A stretch of 64,000 bases of DNA, taken from Fimicolochytrium jonesii (taxonomy: Eukaryota). A program made the translations under genes and the position numbers. This document shows, piece by piece, positions 11,252 through 20,582 of this stretch. Position 1 is the stretch's first letter. Every line of letters begins with the position of its first letter. The notes beneath the pieces are model-generated. The model did not search any database and had not been told where the DNA came from. It worked only from the letters and a program-made list of their open reading frames with translations. The stretch spans positions 682,001 through 746,000 of the forward strand of contig NW_026515676.1 in NCBI RefSeq assembly GCF_025526975.1, written 5' to 3'.

Positions 11252-12064
11252 TTATTGAGCGGCAGCAAGACGCTCTGCGACATTTTTCCAGTTGACAACA
11301 TTCCAGATGGCTTTGAGATAGTCGGGACGGACGTTTTTGTATTGAAGGTAGTACGCCTGAGGTTGCACGGGAAAACGGGCAAGACGGTTAGCAGGTGAAT
11401 TACAAATCACGCGATGAACTCCAATGAAGCACGCCCATTCACAGAATCCTCGCCAAACATGACATCCCGCACGTACATGTTCCCAAACGTCGATGCCGAG
11501 GAGCGGCACATGAGTGGTGACGGGGTCCTGATTCTGAGTGGTAAGGATATCCAACCGCTTCGACTCCTTATGGTACGCGAGCCAACCCCACCCAGATCCC
11601 TGTACAGCAACGGTTTGCTCCGCGAACTTCTTCTTGAACTCGTCAAGAGACCCGAAGCGGTCATTGATAGCATTCAGCAAGGCACCCTTTGGGTTCTCGC
11701 CTCCGCCCTGGCTCTGCGGGGCGAGGTTGGTCCAGAAGATGGAGTGGTTAATATGACCACCACCGTTAAACTTGATAGCGGGCTGGAGCGTGATTTGGGC
11801 CTTGAGATCGTTTTTGGCGAAGGCGTCGTCGAGCTTCTCCTCTGCGGCGTTGAGGTTAGTGATGTAGGTCTGGTGGTGCTTTGCGTGGTGCAGCTTCATG
11901 ATCTCGGCGGAGATGAAGGGCTCGAGGGCGTTGTAGTCGTAGGGGAGATCGGGGAGGGTGTGCTTTGCGCGTGCTGCAGCTGCTCCAGCCAGCGGGGAGA
12001 AGCTGGAAGAGGAGAGAAGCCGCAGAGAGGCGGGCGAGCGACGGAGGAGGACGGTAGAGAGCAT
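11252..12064 (-). CDS. SOD2: Mitochondrial manganese superoxide dismutase (intron 11357-11476)
   Basis: Presequence [10 protein letters not shown]; motifs [57 protein letters not shown]. Confidence 0.97.
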   Translation of the reverse strand: MLSTVLLRRSPASLRLLSSSSFSPLAGAAAARAKHTLPDLPYDYNALEPFISAEIMKLHHAKHHQTYITNLNAAEEKLDDAFAKNDLKAQITLQPAIKFNGGGHINHSIFWTNLAPQSQGGGENPKGALLNAINDRFGSLDEFKKKFAEQTVAVQGSGWGWLAYHKESKRLDILTTQNQDPVTTHVPLLGIDVWEHVRAGCHVWRGFCEWACFIGVHRVICNSPANRLARFPVQPQAYYLQYKNVRPDYLKAIWNVVNWKNVAERLAAAQ

Positions 12065-12515
12065 TGTCGCTGTTGTTGGTTGAGTGCAATTGTGGCGATG
12101 GGGATGGACTCGGAAAGACACACCGTCAGAAGCTCTCTCGGAAGGCAGCTCGGAAGGCTCGGAAGGTGACCCAAAAAGCGGCTTGTGTTTTTCGCGCGTG
12201 GGTGATTAGCCACTTTGACACGATGTGCAGGATTCTAATCATCGTGCTAATGTAAACGCACACAACACCAAGGAGCTCAGACAAGGCAATGGAAGCCGGT
12301 TGCGTTGTCCATTAATAATTGGCGGACGTTGGTCACGATTTTGTCGGCGGCCGACGATTCTCGAAATTCATATCTACAGTAGCAGCGTCCGACACAGCAG
12401 CAGTCTGACCCGACTGGGATCATATCAAGGAAAACATCTGCGTAGGACACCTACCGTTGGGTTCGAAGTCCAACCTCTCATCCAAGTGGCCGCGCAAACT
12501 GTTACGCAGGGCCTC

Positions 12516-13721
12516 ATGGACTACCCACCCGAAACTTACGAGCCAAAACCTTCCTTCTTGGGAATGGGAAGGTTGGAAAATGCTCTCTTCAGGGTGTCCC
12601 ACGAGCTGATGGACTTCAATCCTCATCCTTTCATTATCCTGGGCGTCCTGCTGCCATGCTACGTCGGAAGTCTCTGGACAATGACCTCGTACGAGTCGGA
12701 AATCACAGAACATTCCCGGCGATACTACGGCAAGCTCACCCCGTCAATCCCTGAAGGCGTAACCCACGAGGAAGTGTTGAACTTCGAGATGCTCAGCCGT
12801 AGGCGACAGCTCCTACCCGACACACGGCGCGAAATGTACTCTACCTCAGATCTGGCGTCGTTCATTGGGTCTATTGGTGATTCTGGGAGACATACCTACA
12901 CATTCTATCTCTTTGTGGTTCTGTCGGCCGCGTTCATATGGACCATGTTTATGAGCATGCTTGTCAGCGCCGTGGTCAGAGGACTCGTCAAAGCCGAGAG
13001 CGACGCGCAGGATGAGGAGGACGTAGTGAACCAAGATGCAGAAAAGGAACGAGAGGAGTTTAGGAAGGACATGGACGAAATTTCTCGCCGTCTGCCGGCC
13101 GAGATGCTTCCACCCTCTTTTTACCTGCCGCGGCCTTTCCATGCCCTTCTGCTGATCAACATCGTTCCGCTCGTCATCTTCATCATGCAGATCGCGGAAG
13201 CCTTCCTGCTTTGGCGCGTTGTCGTCAACTACACGCTGCCTCATGACTCGATACCGACATGGGCCACGATCAGCGAAACGCCGTCTCTGGTGTCGCTCGC
13301 CGTTTCAGCGAGCAATATTGAGGCAGCCGGTTCCCGCCTACTCACAATCTTCACCGCTATCACTCTCACTTTCGGCTGGGCAAGGATCTTACTCGGCCGT
13401 GTCAAACGCGGCGAGCCCATTTGGGGCAAACCACGTAGGCCAGTGATCCCGGTTCCGACCTTTGACCGCTATGGAAAACCCGGAAGCAAGTTTGGGATAC
13501 CCATGCCTCCCCGGCTGGTTAAGGAGATGGAGGCTAGGCAGAAGCCTGTAGCAGATGCCACTAACTCTGCGGGTGGGCGTGGCGGCGGGGATGGGAGAGG
13601 GCGAGGTGGAAGTGGAGGCGTTAGACCACCCCCGGGTTTAACCCGTGCCAGCGAGATCACGGAACAAGTATGGCGAGGCGCCCCGGCGAATGAGAGGAAT
13701 AACAACAAGAAGAAACGCTAG
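12516..13721 (+). CDS. Hypothetical multi-pass membrane protein
   Basis: ~400-aa ORF from ATG 12516 with about 4 hydrophobic segments, an acidic loop and a G/P/R-rich tail. No family recognised. Confidence 0.7.
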   Translation: MDYPPETYEPKPSFLGMGRLENALFRVSHELMDFNPHPFIILGVLLPCYVGSLWTMTSYESEITEHSRRYYGKLTPSIPEGVTHEEVLNFEMLSRRRQLLPDTRREMYSTSDLASFIGSIGDSGRHTYTFYLFVVLSAAFIWTMFMSMLVSAVVRGLVKAESDAQDEEDVVNQDAEKEREEFRKDMDEISRRLPAEMLPPSFYLPRPFHALLLINIVPLVIFIMQIAEAFLLWRVVVNYTLPHDSIPTWATISETPSLVSLAVSASNIEAAGSRLLTIFTAITLTFGWARILLGRVKRGEPIWGKPRRPVIPVPTFDRYGKPGSKFGIPMPPRLVKEMEARQKPVADATNSAGGRGGGDGRGRGGSGGVRPPPGLTRASEITEQVWRGAPANERNNNKKKR

Positions 13722-14070
13722 GCAATCCGATACGGGTTCCTTTCCGCGTTCACTGGTTGTGGGATCCCTCCGATGTGTTGCCGCTTGTTCGAGGTCAAGA
13801 ATATGCCCTCCATGTAAATACGCTCATTGCATTGCCCTGTTCTGAATATGATATCAGATGATGCGGAGAGACTCATCAAACAAACTGCCAGATCCTATGC
13901 TCTCTTGTTGGTTAGTGCTGATGTGCGCTTGTTGGCATTGGGGATGATTTACAGGGTTAACGCGTGGATTTGCGCTCGGTCGCTCGGTCCTTTCGCATTT
14001 CGACGTTCGCGGATTTTCAACGACCTCAACCCCCAGATCAACCTCACACAGCTAATCTCACCAACCAAAG

Positions 14071-15663
14071 ATGTATAACCCGCAACAACACCACCCTCCG
14101 CCCATGATGCCGCCCATGCCTGGCATGCCCGGTATGCCGCCACCGCATATGCAGCACATGCCGGGTTTGGTCCCGCCGCCGCCGAGGATACCGAAGAACC
14201 CACCGCCTACTGAGGTATGTGAGTCGGTCACGTATTACGCAGGAAAGGTGAAAGGTCCAGGGAAGCTCAGTTCGTTGGGTTGGGAAAACGAAGGCACCCA
14301 GGACGAGAGGGAGATTGCGCCGAGAGGAATGAGAAGAGGCGGTGTGGAATCATGAGCCTGCCGTTCTCCGTTTGTCGTCGAAGCTTTGGTTTCCTGACGC
14401 TGTGCCTTCCTTCTTTCTTATAGCCATGCCAAACACTGTATATCAGGAATTTGCCTGAGACGAGGATGCTGAAATGTATGTGGAAGTTATGGGAAGGCTC
14501 TGGTGCGGTGTCTTTTGGGACTGGTTTCGAAAAGGATGCGCATATGATGTTCGGGCGGGTCCGGGGAAAAAGGGACGAGAATGGCGGGACTGGGGAGCCG
14601 TTGTCTTTCCTCTCTTTCGTCGAAGCCCGGCGCACAGTATCGGTCGCGATATAGAGTTGGGATTGGGCTTCAAAAGCGTGCCGATCATGCTCATCCTCAC
14701 CCTTCCCTCATACCCACAGCCCTCGAAAGCGCCCTCCGGGCAGTCTTTAGCCAATTTGGCGACATCGTCGACATCCGCATAAAACGTGCCATCAAGCTGC
14801 GTGGGCAGGCGTTCGTGACATTCAAGCAGGTCGACAGCGCGACTAAGGCGCTGAAGGAGGTGCAGGGGTTCCCTTTGTCTGGCAGGCCGATGGTACGTTA
14901 TCCGCGTCGGATTACTTTCGCTGATTTTGTGACTTTGTGCATCATTGGAAAGAGGCATTCGCTGACTATTATCCCATCTTGTTGCAGGACATACAATACT
15001 CGCGGACAAAATCGGACAAAGTGGCAGAGTTGGAAGGACCAGATGCCTTGGAGAACTACAAGAGGCAGCGCAAGGAGGAGAAAGGTAAGGTTCCGGAGCG
15101 GCATGGCTTCTTGCACGCACGTTTTTGCGGCTTTTGTTGCTTATCAAGAATGTGCTTTTGTCCGGGCAGAAAAACTCGAGAAAGAACCGGCACAGGTCGA
15201 TCCGGCGGCTGTCGCTGCTACCTACGGACCAGGTATGATCCTTATACTGATATATCCCAACCTTCACCACGGATTTACCGACATCGCACCCACTTGTAGG
15301 CTATTACTATGGCGGAGCGATGCCCGAAGACCTCCTTCCCCCCAACAGCATTTTGTTCGTGCAGAACCTTCCAATCGAAACGACAGAAGCCGTTCTCGCA
15401 GCACTCTTCCAACAGTTCCAGGGGTTCAAGGAAGTTCGTCTTGTGCCGGGCAAGAGCGATATTGGTATGTTGGTGGGCCGGACGAGGGATCTGGCATCAC
15501 TTATACTCACATTTCTGGCGGTCTCTCCCTTCCTTTCATCTTGCAACAACCAGCATTCGTCGAATACGAGTCCGAAGCGCAAGCCGGCGTCGCCAAACAG
15601 GCCCTCAACGCGTTTAAGATCAGCCCGGAGAAGGAGATCAAGGTCACGTATGCCAAGAAATGA
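14071..15663 (+). CDS. U1 snRNP A / U2 snRNP B'' (SNF) family two-RRM protein, multi-exon
   Basis: RRM1: TLYIRNL...[10 protein letters not shown]...[10 protein letters not shown]...[23 protein letters not shown]2: [12 protein letters not shown]...[18 protein letters not shown]...IKVTYAKK*. Confidence 0.93.
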
Positions 15664-16891
15664 GAATGGGAGGGAAAAGGGAAGAAAGGAGGGAAGAAGC
15701 AGAATGAATGCAGAAGATAGGCGCGAGCCGGTTTCCATATCACAACGCGACGGTCCCCATCACACCTCTTTCATGAACGCGCCGATGGGGAATCGCCCTC
15801 ACAACGGTCAACATGTAATTTTCTCGCCCGATTCGTGCATCGAAAGCCATCCGTGCCCAGCAATGTATCCGTCGCCATCGACCGGGTAGCAAATCAGCAA
15901 ACAACAGAGCGCAAACAATACCCTTCTGACATGGGCGCTTCATCCCCTGTCCCTCACCAACACATTCAGATTGCTCGGATGTTAACTGGATTGGCGTAGT
16001 CATGCGAACGGAGAGTCACTTGGGATGGGATGAAATTACTGTGGCGTGTGGTTTGTGGCAGGCGTAGGTGCGGATATGACGGCCCGGCACTATCACTTGT
16101 AGCTAGGCGAGCGCTCATGTTCTGTTCTACTTCTTTTCCAAACTTGCACATACTACCGTTTCCAACACTCTCTTTCTTCTGGCATTCGCTGCAGCGGTTT
16201 AGACCGCGTACATCAATGAACCGATCCTGCCTCAGTACAGAACAAGGTTGTTGTCCATTTCCACAATAGTCCAGCAGTTCTCGTCAGGGCCCGATGTGGC
16301 GACCGCAACCTGCTCGCATACCTGCGCAACGCTCAATACCGCACCTATATCATGGCATTCCTTTCGGGTTATTCTTATTCTGGGAAGCAAGGCAAAAGGT
16401 CCACGGGCAAACGACGGGGGCTTTTACCGTCGGAAACCCCATCGTAATATATTATTATGCTTCGCTTCCGCAAACAGTCCCTCCAAAGCTACTGTTTGAC
16501 TGATATGTATATGTGTGGCCAGTCTGAAGACCCCTGCTTTCCTCAACCTTCCATCAATGCTACTACATTCGACGCATTGGGTTTGCACGTATATTTCCTC
16601 CTCGTGCTTGAATGGGAAATACAAACGATAAATCGTCATAGTGCGGGCTGCGCGGCGGTGGACGTGAATTTGACCGGAAACTGACTGCAGAACGGCGCCA
16701 CTTGAGAACACGCATCCTTGTTGCGCAGCAGGTGCAGAAGACGCTAGCCCATTTGCTAACGGCCCTACCCTCCACTTACCACTATAATAAACGACATAAA
16801 CTTGGTGACTTTTTGGGTAACTAACCGTACCATAACAACACCCTCCGCTCGGGAGTCGGGACGGCCTTCGGCCGGTTAGGGCTGGGTGTTA

Positions 16892-16917
16892 CTAACCCTA
16901 ACCCTAACCCTAACCCT
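16892..16917 (-). repeat. Interstitial telomeric repeat, (CTAACC)4CT on + strand
   Basis: CTAACCCTAACCCTAACCCTAACCCT, with an inverted GGTTAGGG at 16874-16881. Confidence 0.9.
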
Positions 16918-19589
16918 GGGGCACTTAACAATTAGAGTATGTGTGCTTAAAGGTAGCCTGGATAGCAAACACGGGTAGCGTCGTTAGCAACTGTACCAAG
17001 CAGTACTACGTAGAAGGGCAATTAAGCCGCGGCACAACAGGCAGCCAGTGGGCAGCCAGGCTTCCCTGCTCCCGTCCAAAAAGCGATGCAAACCCATCAA
17101 CGCAACAGCCTTTGAAAGAAATCTTAAACGGGCACCTGGAAAAAAAGTCAGCCGCTACTGTTCTCTGTATGGAACGCTCGCGGAAGGAAAGAGACGGAAG
17201 ACAAGGAGACGGCCTGGACGGGGGCTCACCGCCCAAAGCTGGGCATGACAATCACGCTTGTTTAGAAACCTCCAATGCGGCGGTTGTCGAGACGAACAAC
17301 GTGCGATTGGCGGTTTCGTCCTTCGTAGATGTGTAAGGAGCGCGTCCGTAACCCTGGTGGCTGCATATGGTACATTTTCACATACGAAATGGTATGGCTG
17401 CCTATGAACCCATCGGGGGCGGCTGCACTCGTTGCATATTGCAGAGTTGTCCGTTTTCCGTTGCCCTACCGCATAGCAGGAAAATGCGGATATCCTCTCG
17501 TCAACGATATACATATCATGACATGGCAAAACCGGGCTTCTTGACGACCTTTTTCCCCCGTTTCGGAATATGGTCTTTTTCGTGATACCTCCGGTAAGTG
17601 TCCTTCGCATCTCCCAACAACTTCCTCTCTAACCACTTTCAGTGCGGAGATTGCGGTCGCTGTGGATCTCGCTCTCCGATTTACTGCCATTGGGCTCGGC
17701 GCAGGTGTACATGTATGTTTTGGCGCTGGGACGGTGTATTTTGATTAATGGCGACAAAGTATGTTTTGGTTGGTGCCGCTCTGGTGTAAACTAATCAAGG
17801 CGGCAAAGCTTTTGCTCCATTCTGTTCTCAAAACTACTAACAGGTCAAAGATGTACTTAGGTACGCCAGGGCATGCATCACTGGCTGGCCTTTACGAGCG
17901 TGCCGAAGCAAAGTACCCTCGCGAAATGTAGGTACCTACATGATTCCTGGGAAGGTACGGAAGACATGTACTGAAAAACAGCATAACTATTCAACAATGA
18001 CATCCCGACAAAGACGCCACAAATCAAAGCGATGTGCAGAAAGGGGGAGCCCTCAACGCAGAGGTGCAAAGCCATCGAGATGGGCAGTACCTAAATCCGG
18101 CGTCGAGCCAAGGGCCACCAACGCATAATGGCATTACATCGATGTATGAAAGCCAGGGCCGCTGCACATATGTCCGAATGGAAGTGGGTCACAAATAAAA
18201 CCAGGAGCCGCCGACTGACGCGTACCAATGCACATATGTCATCAAACCCAGGGCGGCTAGATTCAGTTTCTCGCCACGGACGCTTTGGTGGAACTTCAAG
18301 GATCGCCACGCATAAGACCAATGCATGGATGTCTAGGAAGCCAGGGCTGCTCGTCTACATGTTCTTGCCACCAAAAAGGATGAATACATTTATGTTACGG
18401 AGACTCCATCGAGGGCCTTCGGGGCTCTCCATTCCCGGCATTCCGTTGAGAACGATCATACGTTCCATTCCCGGCATATGTTTCGAAATTCCGTGGAGGC
18501 CGTCATGATCTTCCTACCTCGGCAATCATTTCGTCATTTTCAGAAAAGTCGTAGCGCCATATAGTGTGCTATGTCCCCATCGTATGTCCAAGCGAGTGTC
18601 CAGCGGCGTTTTCGGTCGTTCGTTCTGTATTTTGCGCAACGAAAAAATAATCCGCGTTGGAAGACGTGCCGATGTCCATTCCATTGACGTAAATGCGATA
18701 CGATACATCTCATGGGTAACGGTAATCCCATAACTCAGTGAACGCAGATTCCCACCGTCGTTGCGCAGACTATCATATCGGACCCACGGTCAGTCCGCTC
18801 TTCGACAAGCCTAACGTGATCGAATGCGGCATTGGGGAACGGTAATCCTATGATTTCAGTGGACGCCTATTCACGGCGTGCTTATGCCACGATACGCATC
18901 GTCGAAATGGGCCCCATCCCATCCTTGTAGGGAAACGCCATTCCCCTCCCGGTGATAAACGAATGTAGAGGAACCGTTCAGGCGGTCATTGGATATCTTT
19001 CGGTCGGAACGAGTGTCCATCATCAGCAGGTCGGTTGAAGGGAACGCCTATTCCTTGTGTTCATGATAGCCGAGGGCAAAACATCGCACCGAATGTTGGA
19101 TCATGGACAAGGGAACCCCTCTTGCATTTATCGCTGTCGAGTTTGGAGAATGCAAATCTCCTTCCTTCGTCGAAAGCCAATGTGCTCCACGACGAAGATT
19201 CCGTGTCATGCATGTTCTGGTCTCACCCGGAGTGTTCTGTGATAAACGGTACTGTCACCCCACCAAGCCTTCCTGGGCGACAACGAGCAGTTCGATCGCG
19301 TCATGTACGTTTACGGGTGCATGGAATCTGGAGGAATATGCATGCACTAGTAGGGATGCCTGGGTCAGGGCAGCACGCGTCGGGCCTTAGCCTGAGGAAG
19401 ACCGAGGAAGATGTGCCCGCGAAGGGCCCGGAATATCCCTCTAAGGGCAGATTGCCAGTGCGACCCTCCCGGGCCAATGGGAGAACGCGCCTGCGTCGAG
19501 TCACAGGTCCCGAGCCCCTGAGAGTCGATTCACGCACGCGTCGTTGCTGCTGCTGTTGCGCACTGGAAAGCTCGCAGGACCTCTTCGTC

Positions 19590-19597
19590 TATAAAAG
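19590..19597 (+). promoter_or_regulatory. Canonical TATA box upstream of the structured non-coding tract
   Basis: TATAAAAG followed by a CT-rich leader (19615-19690); no convincing coding ORF downstream. Confidence 0.5.
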
Positions 19598-19699
19598 CAG
19601 AGCCAAAGTCGGCACGCCCTCCTCAGTTTTTCCTCATCAACGCAACGTCTTTGGCCTCTTTACTACTCTACTACTCACTCATACAATAGTCTTCGAATC

Positions 19700-20210
19700 G
19701 TGGAGGGAACACTCTGCCGTGGTGGGGAAGAAACACGTTAAATACGCTCGTGGTGGGGGAGAAACACGTTAAACAGCCGGGGAAGTGCAAAAAACCCCAT
19801 ATCAACACCCTGGGTGGAGCAGCAGGTTAACCAGCCCGTGATGCGGAAGAAACACGTTAAACAGCCGGCGTAATGGGCTTTATATCCTGGAATGTGAGAA
19901 TCAACGCGAAGCGACCGTTATACTCGGTGGCTGCCTTCGGGTAGACAAAGGTGTGCTAGGAATCCACGTTAAACTCATATGCAAGGTCATTATTCAAATG
20001 GTTTCGATAGCAAAGGCTTTTCTCTAGTATCCTTATTCCAGGCTAACTGTCATTATTTAGGTACATTAAAAGGCCCGTGCTGGGCAACCACGTTAAAAAG
20101 GCCTGGTGGGGTGCAAATCCAAGCAAAGCGACCGTATACTCGGTGGCCATGGAAGGATCGCTGGGGCGACTCTGTGGACAGTGAAGCCCGTCGGGGGTTT
20201 CTCTCTTACA
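19700..20210 (+). ncRNA. Candidate structured ncRNA (tandem pseudoknot-like modules and T-loop modules)
   Basis: Six CGTG-N9-12-CACG-TTAAA modules (one CCTG/CAGG compensatory variant), duplicated AAGCGACCG(T)TATACTCGGTGGC, T-loop-like GTGAGAATC and GTGCAAATC, and a cUUCGg hairpin. Ends approximate; no expression evidence. Confidence 0.5.
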
Positions 20211-20582
20211 TATATACTCTCTGTTGTACTATCATACTCTTCTCAATCAAAACTGTACTTTCGAACTATACTACTCCTGGCTTGATATTGCTTTACTTGT
20301 GCTCGTTTTGAAACATACGAAGTTTCCTCAGACCGGTCTAGTTGGTCTCATCGGCTGCGGGATGTAGGCGATGTCGGGGATTATCGAGCCACGCGTCTCC
20401 ACGCGTTGTCCACCGTGAAAGTGCATTCAAGGTCGCTGTCTAGGGAGCTACTGGCATCGTCGGCGTAGGCCACGCACGGACGGACCAAAGAGCCCTAGCG
20501 AGCTAGCGAGAGTCATTGTGGTCCGGAGCGAGAACTTGAGCACTCGGCCTGGCCTTCTTCACTTCCGCCCGGTATAAGTGCA

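Noticed and set aside
12108..12167. Repeated CTCGGAAG upstream of SOD2
   Set aside because: A plausible transcription-factor site or 5' UTR micro-repeat, but too short to support a call.
15664..16200. U1A autoregulatory AUUGCAC element in the 3' UTR
   Set aside because: No paired ATTGCAC motifs seen.
16742..16765. Helitron 3' end (hairpin plus CTAG on the minus strand)
   Set aside because: The hairpin is weak and too close to CTAG; no 5' end or RepHel remnant.
19700..20150. Assignment to pistol, hatchet, twister-sister, hairpin or HDV ribozyme, RNase MRP, or a dicistrovirus IRES
   Set aside because: Only fragments match (CACGTTAAA, GTGAGAATC, AGAAACAC, GCTGGGCAAC, CAGCC); the required order and catalytic junctions were not found.
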